64,000 nucleotides of DNA, taken from positions 330-64,329 of the forward strand of contig JAYEFL010000186.1 of the NCBI GenBank assembly GCA_034658635.1, given 5' to 3'. Below, one piece after another: positions 47,307 through 58,533 of this stretch (the stretch's first letter is position 1; each line of letters starts with the position of its first letter). Made by a program: the position numbers and the translations under genes. The stretch comes from Bacteroidota bacterium (lineage in GTDB: Bacteria; Bacteroidota; Bacteroidia; Bacteroidales; UBA12481). Below the pieces are notes generated by a model, which made no database searches, was not told where the DNA came from, and saw nothing but the letters and a program-made list of their open reading frames with translations.

Positions 47307-48362
47307 TTATCGTTTTATATATTGTTGGGCGTAGTATTTTTCGTAGTCGCCTGACACGATTCTGTTCATCCAATCCTGATTGTCAAGGTACCAGTCAATG
47401 GTTTTTTCTATGCCTTCTTCAAATTGCAGGCTTGGCATCCATCCAAGTTCATCTTTAATTTTTGTGGAATCGATAGCATATCTCAGGTCATGCCCGGCCC
47501 GGTCTTTCACATATGTTATGAGGCTGGCACAGGAACCTGCACTACGATCAAGTTTACGATCCATTATTTCACACATTTTTCTAATCAGACCGATGTTTGT
47601 CCATTCGTTATGTCCACCAATGTTATAGGTTTCTCCGAGGGTGCCTTCATGGAAAACCAGGTCAATGGCCCGGGCATGATCAACCACGTATAGCCAGTCC
47701 CGGATATTTTCTCCTTTACCATATATCGGAATGGGCTTGTTGTTTTTCATGTTATTGATAGCCAGCGGAATTAGTTTTTCCGGAAACTGATTCGGGCCAT
47801 AATTATTAGAGCAATTTGTCAGAACTACCGGTAGTCCATATGTGTGATTGTAGGCCCTCACAAGGTGATCGGAGCTGGCTTTTGAAGCAGAGTATGGTGA
47901 TCTGGGGTCGTAGGAAGTAGTTTCCAGAAAGAATCCTTCTTTTCCAAGTGAGCCATAAACTTCGTCTGTAGAAATATGATAAAAACGTTTGTTTTCGAAT
48001 GAATCCTTCCAGATTTTACGAGCTGCATTGAGGAGGTTGACAGTGCCAATAATGTTGGTTGTGATAAAAGACATTGGGTCTGTTATTGACCGGTCGACAT
48101 GACTCTCTGCTGCCAGGTGAAGAATGCCATCAAAGAGATGGGTTTCAAAGAGTTGATCTATAAATGAAGCATCTCTGATGTCTCCTTTTACAAACTCATA
48201 ATTTTCTGATTTTTCGATGTCGGCAATATTCTCAAGATTCCCGGCATAGGTTAAAGCATCAAGATTAACAATTTTGTAATCCGGATACTTCAGGATAAAT
48301 AATCTGACCACATGTGATCCAATAAAACCAGCTCCTCCTGTAATAAGAATTGTTTTTTTCAT
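47307..48362 (-). CDS. rfbB: dTDP-glucose 4,6-dehydratase
   Basis: GGAGFIGSH Rossmann motif, YSASKASSD (YxxxK), and 351 aa. Confidence 0.95.
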   Translation of the reverse strand: MKKTILITGGAGFIGSHVVRLFILKYPDYKIVNLDALTYAGNLENIADIEKSENYEFVKGDIRDASFIDQLFETHLFDGILHLAAESHVDRSITDPMSFITTNIIGTVNLLNAARKIWKDSFENKRFYHISTDEVYGSLGKEGFFLETTSYDPRSPYSASKASSDHLVRAYNHTYGLPVVLTNCSNNYGPNQFPEKLIPLAINNMKNNKPIPIYGKGENIRDWLYVVDHARAIDLVFHEGTLGETYNIGGHNEWTNIGLIRKMCEIMDRKLDRSAGSCASLITYVKDRAGHDLRYAIDSTKIKDELGWMPSLQFEEGIEKTIDWYLDNQDWMNRIVSGDYEKYYAQQYIKR

Positions 48363-48372
48363 CTGTTTATAT

Positions 48373-49401
48373 TTATTTTATTCCCCTCAGGTTTTTTTCC
48401 CAATTCCATGCTGACAACAGGGTATCTTCAAGGCTTCTGCTTGCTTTCCATCCCAAGACTTCATTGGCCACACGAGTATCTGCCCAGACCTGTTCAATAT
48501 CGCCTTCCCTGCGGTCAACGATTGAATAATTCAGTTTTTTGCCTGTAACTTTTTCAAAGGTTTTGACTATATCAAGAACGGATGAACCGGTTCCGGTACC
48601 AAGGTTGAAAAACTCAAAATTAGCCAGGTTCTTATTTTTAAGCATCCTATCAATAGCTATCACATGGGCCAGAGCCAGATCCACTACGTTAATATAATCT
48701 CTGACAGCTGAGCCATCAGGAGTATTATAGTTGTCTCCAAAAACTTTCAGTCCTTCACGGAGCCCTGCTGCAGTTTGTGTTACGAAGGGAACTAAATTGT
48801 TTGGTACACCGCGGGGAAGCTCACCAATCTCTGCACTAGGATGGGCTCCTATCGGGTTGAAGTACCTCAGTGCGATGGTATTCAGGTTCGGCTTAACTTT
48901 CATTGTATCGCTGATAATCTCTTCGGCAATTTGCTTGGTGTTTCCATAAGGAGATTCGGCTGGTTTGATAGGGGCCTTTTCAGTTACAGGAAGCTCATCA
49001 GGTTGACCATAAACCGTACAGCTGGATGAAAATACGAGATTTGTAACACCGTAATTATCCATATTCTCAAGTAGGTTCATCAATGAGATGAGGTTGTTTT
49101 GATAATACATCAGTGGCTTATCAACTGACTCACCCACAGCCTTGTATGCGGCAAAATGAATGATAGCCTTAAGGTTTTTATACTTTTCAAAGAAAGCATC
49201 AAGTTTTTCCTTGTTACAAAGATCAAACTGCTCAAAAGCGGGCCGTATTCCGGATATTTTTTCTATGCCATCGAGAACTTCGATTGTTGAATTTGAGAGG
49301 TTATCCACTATCACTACTTCATAGCCTTTGGCCATCAGTTCGACTGCGGTATGTGATCCGATGTATCCGGTTCCTCCGGTTACTAAGATTAAGTCTTTCA
49401 T
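48373..49401 (-). CDS. galE: UDP-glucose 4-epimerase
   Basis: GGTGYIGSH, YGNTK (YxxxK), and 342 aa. Confidence 0.9.
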   Translation of the reverse strand: MKDLILVTGGTGYIGSHTAVELMAKGYEVVIVDNLSNSTIEVLDGIEKISGIRPAFEQFDLCNKEKLDAFFEKYKNLKAIIHFAAYKAVGESVDKPLMYYQNNLISLMNLLENMDNYGVTNLVFSSSCTVYGQPDELPVTEKAPIKPAESPYGNTKQIAEEIISDTMKVKPNLNTIALRYFNPIGAHPSAEIGELPRGVPNNLVPFVTQTAAGLREGLKVFGDNYNTPDGSAVRDYINVVDLALAHVIAIDRMLKNKNLANFEFFNLGTGTGSSVLDIVKTFEKVTGKKLNYSIVDRREGDIEQVWADTRVANEVLGWKASRSLEDTLLSAWNWEKNLRGIK

Positions 49402-49979
49402 GTGTTTAGTTTTGTTACTTTTCCGTCCTCTAATTTATAATTTTCTTTGCTTTCCTGGCATACCGCCAGGCCCTGTTCGTCAAATAGTAGTCGGTGACCG
49501 TACTCACTCATCCATCCGGCTTGTTTGGCAGGATTTCCAATCAAAAGTGCATAGGCAGGAACTTCCTTCGTAACTACTGCACCTGCACCAATAAAGGCAT
49601 ATTCCCCAATATCGTGTCCACAAATAATGGTTGCATTGGCTCCTATGCTGGCTCCTTGTTTTACTACTGTTTTGACGTATTGACCTCTTCTGTTTACACT
49701 GCTTCTTGGGTTTACCACATTTGTAAAGACCATTGAAGGGCCCAAAAAGACATCATCCTCACAGATCACACCAGTATAGATAGAAACGTTATTCTGAACC
49801 TTAACATTGTTGCCAAGAATCACTTCGGGAGAAACCACCACATTTTGACCGAGATTACAATTTATTCCGATTTTGCAGTTTTGCATGATATGAGAAAAAT
49901 GCCATATTTTGGTTCCCTGCCCAATTTCACAAGGTTCATCAATCACTGCAGTTTCATGTGAGAAAAATGCTTTTTCCAT
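49398..49979 (-). CDS. Left-handed beta-helix (hexapeptide) sugar N-acetyltransferase, WbpD/WlbB-like
   Basis: Hexapeptide repeats throughout (IGINCNLGQNVVV, IGANATIICGHDIG, IGAGAVV). It overlaps galE by 4 nt. Confidence 0.8.
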   Translation of the reverse strand: MEKAFFSHETAVIDEPCEIGQGTKIWHFSHIMQNCKIGINCNLGQNVVVSPEVILGNNVKVQNNVSIYTGVICEDDVFLGPSMVFTNVVNPRSSVNRRGQYVKTVVKQGASIGANATIICGHDIGEYAFIGAGAVVTKEVPAYALLIGNPAKQAGWMSEYGHRLLFDEQGLAVCQESKENYKLEDGKVTKLNT

Positions 49980-49980
49980 A

Positions 49981-51102
49981 TCAGATTAGTTTCAAAAGAT
50001 GTTCAGCAATATATTCCTGTTGTGCATTATTCAGTTCAGTATGCATTGGGAGGCTAAGTACTTCCGTGCACAGTTGTTCTGTTACCGGGAAATCGCCCTT
50101 TTTGTAGCCGGCGCTTAAAAATGCCCCTTGCAAACTCAGAGGAACGGGATAATATATCATAGCCGGAATTTTTTGATCGGCTAGTTTTTGTCTTATTTCA
50201 TCACGTTTCCCAGATTTTATCCGCAGTGTGTATTGATGAAAAATGTGGCTACTGTTTGCAAATCTGACCGGAGTTTGAATTTGATCATATCCTGCCAGAA
50301 GTGTATCGTAATAATCGGCAGCTGCTTTTCTGGACTGATTGTATGAGTTCAGATGCCGTAGTTTTACTCTCAGGATAGCTGCCTGAAGGGTGTCAAGTCT
50401 TGAATTGACTCCGATTTCTTCATGGTAATACTTGATCTGTGATCCATGATTTACAATTACACGAATTTTTTCTCCCAGTTCTTCATTGTTAGTCATCAAG
50501 GCTCCTCCGTCTCCAAAGCAACCCAGATTTTTTGATGGAAAAAATGAAGTTGTTCCAATAGTCCCGATTGTTCCGGTTTTCTGGCTAGTTCCGTCAGAAG
50601 AGTTATAGTTGGTACCTAAAGACTGGGCTGAATCTTCAATTACATAGAGCTTATTATCTTTTGCAATTCGAAGAATCTCATCCATATCTGCTGATTGTCC
50701 GAATAAATGAACCGGAATAATAGCTTTGGTTCTGGGAGTGATAGCTTCTTCTATTTTCTTTGGGTCAAGATTGAAGGTATCCGGATCAACATCAACCAAT
50801 ACGGGCTTTAGTTTCAGAAGAGCAATAACCTCAACGCTTGCAATAAATGTGAAATTTGAGGTAATAACCTCGTCTCCTGCTTGTAAATCAAGAGCCATCA
50901 TGGCCACTTGAAGAGCATCAGTTCCATTGGCACAGGTAATCACCTTTTTAACCTTCAGGTAGCTAGCTAATTCAGTTTGGAATAATTTGACGGAGGGTCC
51001 GTTAATGAAGGCAGTTTGCTCTATTGTTTCGCGGATTCCGGCGTCAACTTCCTCTTTAATTCTCTCGTATTGAGAAAGGAGATCAACCATTTGTATTTTC
51101 AT
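49981..51102 (-). CDS. DegT/DnrJ/EryC1/StrS-family sugar aminotransferase
   Basis: The ATG at 51102 gives MKIQMVDLLSQYERIKEEVD, the typical family start. The PLP-Lys region is TSFFPSKNLGCFGDGG. The track ORF is extended by 24 codons. Confidence 0.9.
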   Translation of the reverse strand: MKIQMVDLLSQYERIKEEVDAGIRETIEQTAFINGPSVKLFQTELASYLKVKKVITCANGTDALQVAMMALDLQAGDEVITSNFTFIASVEVIALLKLKPVLVDVDPDTFNLDPKKIEEAITPRTKAIIPVHLFGQSADMDEILRIAKDNKLYVIEDSAQSLGTNYNSSDGTSQKTGTIGTIGTTSFFPSKNLGCFGDGGALMTNNEELGEKIRVIVNHGSQIKYYHEEIGVNSRLDTLQAAILRVKLRHLNSYNQSRKAAADYYDTLLAGYDQIQTPVRFANSSHIFHQYTLRIKSGKRDEIRQKLADQKIPAMIYYPVPLSLQGAFLSAGYKKGDFPVTEQLCTEVLSLPMHTELNNAQQEYIAEHLLKLI

Positions 51103-51255
51103 AGGTCTGGTGGTATTTGTAATCTGAATCAAAGATAAAAGATTAATTCGAATCATTTTTTGATGAATGGGCAACAGGGAACATGCAGTAATTCTTTCCA
51201 GAATTTGGAGGATTGTTTATTACTGGTTAATTTTGTTAATTGATTAAGAAACGGG

Positions 51256-52218
51256 ATGATTCTGGATAAATACATACGTGAGTTATTATTTCGTGAGGAT
51301 TGTGTAATAATCCCTGGTATGGGTGGGTTTATTTCAAGCTATGCGTCAGCAGAAATTCAGGAGGAGTCGCAGACTTTTGTGCCGCCTACTAAAGAAATTG
51401 GGTTTAATGCTGAGTTAATTGCTGACGATGGTATGTTAGTATCTTATATGTCGGTTGAAATGGATCGACCTAAAGATGTGATTCTTGAGATGATTACTGC
51501 TCAGGTAGAAGAGATTCTTGAGATTTTGGCCCGGGGAGAGAAGGTAAATATGGAGGGTATTGGACAGTTTAGTTCGGGCAAAGGTGGAGCGCTTATGTTT
51601 TCGGCTCATTTGGGAATCAACTTTCTGATGGATTCTTTCGGGCTTTCTACATTTACTTTTCCGGTTTTGGAAGCTGAAAAGCAAAGCATATTCAAGCGTT
51701 CAATTTTTTTCCGTCAAGTAGTTTTTCACCCGAGGGAAACATTGCCTGGATCGATAAAAAAGTCACATGAAAAGGACCACATAAACCAGCAGTTTGGTAT
51801 TGCCTTGGCAATTTTGGTAATATTATCTCTTTTGCCTTTCAATTCAAGGATTTCTGAATCTATTTTTCGTCATCCTGCAGCCTTAGGCCCTTTACCTTCA
51901 TTGGTCATCGTCGATCCACCTGTTGAACTATCAGGCAGAGGTGCGATTACAACTTTATACCAAGCTGAGTTTATTAATTCTGATGAATCACCTGCTATGA
52001 AATATCCTATTATTGCAGGCAGTTTTCAGTCAGGCCAGAATGCTGATTTACTCTATCAGAAGCTTATTTCAAGAGGTTACAACGCGAAAGTAGAGCAGAC
52101 CAGGAAATCTTTTTACAGGGTAATCATGGCCGAGTTCATTACTCTTGACAAGGCTGAACTTGCCTTGCTGGATTTGCAGGCAGGAAACCGGGATTTAAAG
52201 TTATGGATTCTTAAATAG
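51256..52218 (+). CDS. SPOR-domain protein with HU-like N-terminal domain(s)
   Basis: The N-terminus MILDKYIRELLFREDCVIIPGMGGFISSY is HU-CCDC81-like. It has a central TM and a C-terminal SPOR-like domain (YPIIAGSFQSGQNADLLYQKLISRGYNAKVE...YRVIMAEF). Confidence 0.6.
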   Translation: MILDKYIRELLFREDCVIIPGMGGFISSYASAEIQEESQTFVPPTKEIGFNAELIADDGMLVSYMSVEMDRPKDVILEMITAQVEEILEILARGEKVNMEGIGQFSSGKGGALMFSAHLGINFLMDSFGLSTFTFPVLEAEKQSIFKRSIFFRQVVFHPRETLPGSIKKSHEKDHINQQFGIALAILVILSLLPFNSRISESIFRHPAALGPLPSLVIVDPPVELSGRGAITTLYQAEFINSDESPAMKYPIIAGSFQSGQNADLLYQKLISRGYNAKVEQTRKSFYRVIMAEFITLDKAELALLDLQAGNRDLKLWILK

Positions 52219-54249
52219 CTATTTTACCTCGGCTCCATTACTGGTTTTTATTTCCGGAGTAACAAAGATTAATCCACTTGCATCTTCTGCCAGGAGTATC
52301 ATTCCCTGAGATTCAATACCTTTGATTTTACGAGGAGCAAGGTTAGCCAACAGAGAAACCTGTTTGCCGATTAGTTTTTCCGGTTCAAAATACTCTGCAA
52401 TTCCTGAAACGACCGTTCTTTTATCCAAACCTGTATCAAGAAGAAGTTTAACCAGCTTTTTTGTTTTGGCTACTTTCTCTGCTTCCAGAATGGTGGCAGT
52501 TCGAATATCCATTTTCATAAATTCCTCATATGTGATTTCTGGCTTGGCAGGCCTTACGATGGTTTTCTGAGTTTCGTTAGCTTTTTTTGTGGCCAGTAGT
52601 TTTTCAACCTGAAATTCTACCTGTTTGTCATCAATTTTATCAAATAAAAGTTCTGGTTTGTTTAGTGTATGTCCATCAGGAATTAAGCTGATATTTCCTA
52701 TGGCCTCCCAAGGCATTTCTTCGATATTCAGAAATGATCTGAGTTTTTTCATGCTGAAGGGTAAGAATGAATCCAGCAGAACCGAGATATTGGCAGTAAT
52801 CTGAAGGCACACATTAAGAATTTCCCCAACACGTTTTTCATCTGTCTTAATCAGCTTCCATGGTTCTGTTTCTGTCAGATATTTATTACCCAGGCGGGCC
52901 AGTCCCATTGCTTCAACCAGAGCCTCGCGAATTCTAAAAGCCTCCAGACTTTTTTCTACCTGGGCTTTTATATTATCTATCTGTCCAAGAATAACTAAAT
53001 CTTCTTCAGATATTTTGTTAGCTGGTGGGCAGATTCCCTGGAAATACTTTTGCAAGAGAACCAGGGTTCTGTTTACAAAATTGCCCAAGACAGCAACCAG
53101 TTCATTATTGTTTCTGGTTTGGAAATCTTTCCAGGTAAAATCATTATCTTTTGCTTCAGGGGCATTTGCAGTTAAGACGTAGCGTAATACATCCTGTTTA
53201 TCAGGGAATTCTTCAAGGTATTCATGCAACCATACTGCCCAATTTCTGGATGTAGAAATTTTGTCGTTTTCCAGGTTCAGAAATTCATTAGCTGGTACGT
53301 TATCCGGAAGGATATAATCACCATGGGCTTTCAGCATGGAAGGAAAAATAATGCAATGGAAAACTATATTGTCTTTTCCAATGAAGTGAATCATCCTGCT
53401 GTCTTCAGATTTCCAATATTTTTCCCAATCCGGGGTTAGCTCTTTAGTGGCTGATATATAGCCAATTGGCGCATCAAACCAGACATACAAGACTTTCCCG
53501 TCTGCTCCTTTCACAGGAACAGGAACACCCCAGTCGAGATCACGGCTAACAGCTCTGGGTTGCAGGCCCTGATCGAGCCAGGATTTACATTGACCATATA
53601 CGTTGGGTTTCCATTCTGTATGATCTTCAAGAATCCACTTTTTAAGATCGTCCTCATATTTGTCAAGAGGCAGGTACCAGTGTTTGGTTTCTTTCAAAAC
53701 AGGTGCTTGTCCTGATAGTGTGGATTTTGGATTTTTCAGGTCGGTAGCATTCAAAGAGGTTCCGCAAGACTCACATTGATCACCATATGCTCTTTCATTA
53801 TTGCAATGCGGACAGGTGCCCGAGATATATCGGTCGGCCAGAAATTGTTGTGCTTCAACATCGAAGTACTGCTCGGTTGTTTTTTCGATGAATTCACCCT
53901 GATCGTATAGCTTTTTAAAAAACTCAGAGGCTGTTTCAAAATGAATGGGTGCGGATGTTCGATGATAGATATCAAAAGAAATTCCGAACTTATCAAATGC
54001 TGCTTTATTCATTCCGTGGTAGCGGTCGACAATATCCTGCGGACTCACATTTTCCTGTTTGGCTTTCAGTGTAATTGGAACTCCATGTTCATCAGATCCA
54101 CAAATATAGACTACATCTTTTCCATTTTGACGAAGATATCTCGTATATATATCTGCGGGGACATATACTCCGGCCAGGTGACCAATGTGAACAGGGCCGT
54201 TTGCATACGGCAGGGCGGCAGTAACTAGATAGCGTTTATAATCTTTCAT
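52219..54249 (-). CDS. metG: Methionine--tRNA ligase with C-terminal tRNA-binding domain
   Basis: The ATG at 54249 gives [27 protein letters not shown] (HIGH motif). It has a Zn knuckle ([18 protein letters not shown]), KISTSRN (KMSKS-like) and a Trbp111-like C-terminus. Confidence 0.95.
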   Translation of the reverse strand: MKDYKRYLVTAALPYANGPVHIGHLAGVYVPADIYTRYLRQNGKDVVYICGSDEHGVPITLKAKQENVSPQDIVDRYHGMNKAAFDKFGISFDIYHRTSAPIHFETASEFFKKLYDQGEFIEKTTEQYFDVEAQQFLADRYISGTCPHCNNERAYGDQCESCGTSLNATDLKNPKSTLSGQAPVLKETKHWYLPLDKYEDDLKKWILEDHTEWKPNVYGQCKSWLDQGLQPRAVSRDLDWGVPVPVKGADGKVLYVWFDAPIGYISATKELTPDWEKYWKSEDSRMIHFIGKDNIVFHCIIFPSMLKAHGDYILPDNVPANEFLNLENDKISTSRNWAVWLHEYLEEFPDKQDVLRYVLTANAPEAKDNDFTWKDFQTRNNNELVAVLGNFVNRTLVLLQKYFQGICPPANKISEEDLVILGQIDNIKAQVEKSLEAFRIREALVEAMGLARLGNKYLTETEPWKLIKTDEKRVGEILNVCLQITANISVLLDSFLPFSMKKLRSFLNIEEMPWEAIGNISLIPDGHTLNKPELLFDKIDDKQVEFQVEKLLATKKANETQKTIVRPAKPEITYEEFMKMDIRTATILEAEKVAKTKKLVKLLLDTGLDKRTVVSGIAEYFEPEKLIGKQVSLLANLAPRKIKGIESQGMILLAEDASGLIFVTPEIKTSNGAEVK

Positions 54250-54282
54250 CCTGTCTCCAAGTTTATTAATTGATAGCAAATC

Positions 54283-54290
54283 ACAAAAGT
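54283..54290 (-). promoter_or_regulatory. -7 box candidate for metG
   Basis: The minus strand reads TACTTTTG, 33 nt upstream of the ATG at 54249. Confidence 0.45.
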
Positions 54291-54300
54291 ACTTCTTATA

Positions 54301-54681
54301 ATGAATACAGCACAAAAATCAGAACATTTATGTTTAGGAGCAAAGGGAGAAGAAATTGCAGCAATATTCCTCAAGAAAAAGGGTTACCTGATTGTGGAGA
54401 AAAACTGGAGGTTACAGCATAAAGAGCTGGATATTATTGCGGTAGATGGCAATGAGCTGGTTGCAGTGGAGGTTAAAACTCGCACAGAGCCTATTCTGGA
54501 TAATCCCACAACGAGTATCAATCGGAAAAAGCAGCGGAACCTGATAAGCGCTGCACATGCTTACGTGAGGATTAATCGTATTTCTCTGGATGTCAGATTT
54601 GATATTATTTGGATTCGGATGGATATATCAGGACGAGCTGATATTGAGCATATACAGGATGCTTTTATCCCTGGTCTTTGA
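54301..54681 (+). CDS. yraN: YraN-family (UPF0102) endonuclease-like protein
   Basis: [46 protein letters not shown] matches the UPF0102 pattern. Confidence 0.85.
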   Translation: MNTAQKSEHLCLGAKGEEIAAIFLKKKGYLIVEKNWRLQHKELDIIAVDGNELVAVEVKTRTEPILDNPTTSINRKKQRNLISAAHAYVRINRISLDVRFDIIWIRMDISGRADIEHIQDAFIPGL

Positions 54682-57397
54682 AAAGCTGAATTAGTATCTG
54701 CTCCAATTCTTCGGCTTTAAATGGCTTACTTAAATAATCGTTCATGCCAGCTTCAATGCAAGTCTCCTTGTCGCCTTTCATAGCATTGGCTGTCATGGCA
54801 ATAATATGGATAGGCTTAATTTGGTTATTTTCTGATTCATGAAGCCTGATTTGTCGCGTTGCTTCAAGTCCGTCCATAACGGGCATCATGATATCCATAA
54901 AGATGAGGTCATACTCTGTCGATTTGAATTTTTCAAGAGCCAGCTGTCCATTTTCTGCCAATTCCACCTGATAGCCCATTTTTTCAAGATGTAAAACGGC
55001 AATTCTTTGATTAATCTTATTGTCTTCAACCAGAAGGATCAGGGGCTTATGTATGGATACAAGCTCTGTTTCTTCCGGCTGTTCTGTATCTATTGTCTCG
55101 TCTCTATCACTCAGGTCAATTGTAATCTCATCAAATCCTGCTGGCTCATCATTTTCTTCAGCCAGAGGTTCGTCAGGAGGTGGAATAAGGTCAACTTTCA
55201 GTGCTTTTTCCATACTGGTTTTTAGCTCCTGTATTTTGACAGGCTTATTCAGGTAGCCTGCAAATCCGCTTTCTTTCAATTCGTTAGGAGGTATTATATC
55301 AGCAATAGAAGATAACATCAACATTCTTACCGGGTTGGCTGTGAAGATTTTGTTGACTTGTTTAGCAAAGCTAAGCCCATCCATTTCAGGCATTTGACAA
55401 TCAACCAAAACGATATCGAAGGGATTACCTGAGTTTATGGCTTCTGTGATTTGATCAATTCCGTGTCTGGGGTCAGTAACTTCCTCAACCTCACAAAACC
55501 AGAATTCAAGGTATTTTCTGAAAATCTGAAGATTAGTAGTGTTGTCGTCTACAACCAATACCTTAAGTCCGTTGATTTCTGAGTCCTCATTTATTGGTTC
55601 CTGAAAGACATGTGTGTCTTCATTGAAATAGGCAGAAAACCAAAAAGTAGATCCTTTTCCCGGTTTGCTTTCAACATCTATGGTTCCGTGCATCATACTA
55701 ACCAGCTTTCGGGAAATTATGAGTCCCAAGCCAGTTCCTCCAAATTTCCGAGTTATTGAAGTATCGACCTGGCTAAATGATTGAAAGAGTTTTTCTTTTT
55801 GTTCAGAGGCGATTCCAATCCCTGTATCGCTAACCTTAAAGATCATTTTGTATCGATGTTCTTGTTTTTCAGATAGCTCAGCTGAAATAAAAATTTCACC
55901 TTTCTCTGTGAATTTCACAGCGTTATTGGCCAGGTTCAGCAGAATCTGCTTGAGACGAAGAGGATCGCCAAAAACGTTTTGAGGGGTGTCTGTATCAATG
56001 AAGGTTACCAGATTGAGGTTTTTCTGAGCTGCTTTAATGGCAACAATATCTGCTACTTCTTCAACTACCTTGGTGATAGAGAAAGGAATTGATTCAAGTT
56101 CCAGTTTATCAGCTTCAATTTTTGAGAAGTCAAGGATATCATTAATAATAGACAGAAGGGTATTGGCTGAATTTTCAATAATCTGAAGATATTCATGTTG
56201 ATCATCTGAAACATCTGTTTTCAGCAGAATTTCTGTCATACCGATAATCCCGTTCATGGGAGTTCGGATTTCATGTGACATATTGGCCAGGAAATTGGAT
56301 TTAGCAAGGCTGGCTGCTTCAGCTTGTTCCTTGGCTTTCAGAATATCAATAGTTCGCTCTTTAATCCTCAGTTCCAGGTCTTTGCGTAATTCAGAAAACT
56401 CATCTGCCACTTCGTTAAAGTTTTCCGACGAGGTGCGAATTTCTGTATAATCAAAGGAAGGGAATAAGCCGCCTTCTTCTCCTTTGACCATTCCATGAGT
56501 AGATGCGTATATTTCACCCAGATAAATATCAAGGGCATTGAAATGCAAAAAGACGAATATTCCTATCAGGATAGTTGTAAGCACAACGAACAAAAAAACC
56601 ACTCCTTCTTTGTGAATATTGTTGCTAACGTATAGTCCAACAATAATCAGACTAACGAAAACCATTAATACCAGGAAGCTGAATGCAGATTTAAAGGAAT
56701 AGCTTTTGGTTTGCTGGAGAGGGATATCTCTTTTGTGGGCTTCTTCTTTTAGTACTGGTCGGAGAAGGCTTACAGCAAAGTCGGTAATTAAATACGCAAA
56801 ATAGGAGTAGATAACAATTGCCAGGATTCCAGCCCCGAAAATAATCAAAGCATCAGTAATCGAGTGTTCGTGAAAATAAACTGCAGTAGAGGAAACAAGA
56901 GCTACAAGGATGGCATACGACAAGGAAACGAAAAAATTATTGATTGGCAGGCGAATAAAAGCTTTGGAGAAGAGTTTAAATTCCTTGTCGTTTATTGCCT
57001 TAATGGGAGCCCAGTCTAATCCTTTAGTCAAAAATTGATTGACAATTATGGGAGTTTTAGAAAAGCCTTTGATTCCATTATTGCTAAACAAGCCGTAGTG
57101 AATGTAATGTATAATCGTGGTTGTTGTTGTTGCAACAATAATGGCCATTAAGCCATTTTTTATGGCTGATCCTGTAAAGTCATGAACTCCAAGAACAAGA
57201 AAGCCAGAGTAAAGTGATGCAAACCATGCACCGGTTACTGAAAACAGGGACACGGCAAAACCGAACGAAATCTTTTCTGCCAGTGGAGAAAAGACAGAGC
57301 GGAGTATGAAACGAAGAAAGCCATATTTACGATACGGTTGTAGAGGCATACCATAGTAATTCCAAGCAAATCTACTAAATTTGCTTATTCGTTTCAC
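54665..57397 (-). CDS. Hybrid sensor histidine kinase / response regulator (multi-TM sensor, HisKA, HATPase, two receiver domains)
   Basis: About 300-aa polytopic N-terminus, H-box ([11 protein letters not shown]), HATPase ([11 protein letters not shown]) and receivers ([10 protein letters not shown]...DCQMPEMDG and [11 protein letters not shown]...[10 protein letters not shown]). Confidence 0.9.
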   Translation of the reverse strand: MKRISKFSRFAWNYYGMPLQPYRKYGFLRFILRSVFSPLAEKISFGFAVSLFSVTGAWFASLYSGFLVLGVHDFTGSAIKNGLMAIIVATTTTTIIHYIHYGLFSNNGIKGFSKTPIIVNQFLTKGLDWAPIKAINDKEFKLFSKAFIRLPINNFFVSLSYAILVALVSSTAVYFHEHSITDALIIFGAGILAIVIYSYFAYLITDFAVSLLRPVLKEEAHKRDIPLQQTKSYSFKSAFSFLVLMVFVSLIIVGLYVSNNIHKEGVVFLFVVLTTILIGIFVFLHFNALDIYLGEIYASTHGMVKGEEGGLFPSFDYTEIRTSSENFNEVADEFSELRKDLELRIKERTIDILKAKEQAEAASLAKSNFLANMSHEIRTPMNGIIGMTEILLKTDVSDDQHEYLQIIENSANTLLSIINDILDFSKIEADKLELESIPFSITKVVEEVADIVAIKAAQKNLNLVTFIDTDTPQNVFGDPLRLKQILLNLANNAVKFTEKGEIFISAELSEKQEHRYKMIFKVSDTGIGIASEQKEKLFQSFSQVDTSITRKFGGTGLGLIISRKLVSMMHGTIDVESKPGKGSTFWFSAYFNEDTHVFQEPINEDSEINGLKVLVVDDNTTNLQIFRKYLEFWFCEVEEVTDPRHGIDQITEAINSGNPFDIVLVDCQMPEMDGLSFAKQVNKIFTANPVRMLMLSSIADIIPPNELKESGFAGYLNKPVKIQELKTSMEKALKVDLIPPPDEPLAEENDEPAGFDEITIDLSDRDETIDTEQPEETELVSIHKPLILLVEDNKINQRIAVLHLEKMGYQVELAENGQLALEKFKSTEYDLIFMDIMMPVMDGLEATRQIRLHESENNQIKPIHIIAMTANAMKGDKETCIEAGMNDYLSKPFKAEELEQILIQLFKDQG

Positions 57398-57514
57398 TGT
57401 AGCTAATTATAATTGTATAAAAGAAATGCACATTGAGATTTTGCGTGAATATTGTCTTTCCAGGAAGATTCAAAATGAACTTAGGTCAAATCACAGGATT
57501 AAGTAGGATTTTCG

Positions 57515-58486
57515 ATGTACGATATATTTAATATTAACGATCCCAGGGAATTTGAAAATACCTGTCTGGATACTTTCAGGTATCAATATGAGCATACAGT
57601 AATCTACCGTGAGTTTGTGGATTTAATAGGTGTAGATTCCAAAGAAGTACAGCATATTAACCAAATTCCATTTCTTCCTATTTCATTTTTTAAGACCCAG
57701 CGGATCATTTCCGACGAGAAAGATGCTGAAATTATCTTCAGTTCAAGTGGGACATCAGGCATGCCTGCCAGTCAGCATCTGGTAAGCGACTCTGATCTAT
57801 ACCGAAAAAGCTTCACGAGAGGGTTTGAATATTTCTACAGATCTTCTGCCAACTACTGTTTTCTGGCCTTGCTTCCATCCTATCTTGAAAGACAAGGTTC
57901 TTCCCTGATCTTTATGATGGATTATTTCATCGAACAGAGCAGGTTTCCGCAAAGTGGGTTCTATCTGAATGAACTGGATGAATTGGCTTCAGTTCTAAAG
58001 GCAAACACAAAAAATAAAATACCTACCATCCTCCTTGGAGTAAGTTATGCACTTCTTGATCTGGCTGAATTTTATCCGATGGATCTGAGCCAGATAATAG
58101 TTATGGAAACAGGAGGAATGAAAGGTAATCGTCCTGAAATATCCAAAGAGAAGTTACACGCAATTTTCTGTAATGCATTTAACCTACAGGTAGTTCATTC
58201 TGAATATGGAATGACAGAATTGCTATCACAAGCATATTCTCAAGGTAATGGAAGGTTTTTTGCACCACCCTGGATGAACGTTTGGATAAGAGATCCCTTT
58301 GATCCACTGGCATATTTTGATTCAGGAAAAGCCGGAGGAATGAACATCATTGATCTGGCCAATCTATATTCATGCTCCTTTATCCAAACGGATGATCTGG
58401 GGAAACTAAATGAAGACGGTTCATTTCAGGTTCTTGGTCGTCTGGAGGCCACTGACGTAAGAGGCTGTAATCTCCTGGTTCAATAA
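57515..58486 (+). CDS. LuxE-like acyl-protein synthetase / adenylate-forming-fold protein
   Basis: 323 aa with FSSSGTSGMPASQH (an AMP-binding-type P-loop) and METGGMKG. The family assignment is from memory. Confidence 0.55.
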   Translation: MYDIFNINDPREFENTCLDTFRYQYEHTVIYREFVDLIGVDSKEVQHINQIPFLPISFFKTQRIISDEKDAEIIFSSSGTSGMPASQHLVSDSDLYRKSFTRGFEYFYRSSANYCFLALLPSYLERQGSSLIFMMDYFIEQSRFPQSGFYLNELDELASVLKANTKNKIPTILLGVSYALLDLAEFYPMDLSQIIVMETGGMKGNRPEISKEKLHAIFCNAFNLQVVHSEYGMTELLSQAYSQGNGRFFAPPWMNVWIRDPFDPLAYFDSGKAGGMNIIDLANLYSCSFIQTDDLGKLNEDGSFQVLGRLEATDVRGCNLLVQ

Positions 58487-58488
58487 AG

Positions 58489-58533
58489 CAGAGTCGACAT
58501 TTCTCAGAGCCGACACATGGGTCTGCCCCTACT
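58489..58533. repeat. REP-like repeat family 2 copy (degenerate tandem units + imperfect hairpin + CCTAC foot) overlapping the pgk stop codon
   Basis: CAGAGTCGACA is at 58489 and CAGAGCCGACA at 58505. GACACATGGGTCTGCCCCTACT at 58512-58533 matches 43254-43275 at 21 of 22 positions. Confidence 0.9.

Noticed and set aside
47525-47541. A sigma-54-like element, TGGCACaggaacCTGCA.
   Set aside because: The GG-to-GC spacing is 11 rather than 10. The -12 element is CTGC rather than TTGC. It lies inside rfbB on the antisense strand. I found no convincing TGGCAC-N5-TTGC in any intergenic region.
54665-54681. Convergent genes with no intergenic space: yraN and the hybrid kinase overlap by 17 nt, while hemerythrin-like/amidohydrolase (21524/21525) and SPOR/metG (52218/52219) abut with a 0-nt gap.
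   Set aside because: This is real but is most simply explained by genome compaction. No structure or motif at these junctions suggests a specific mechanism.
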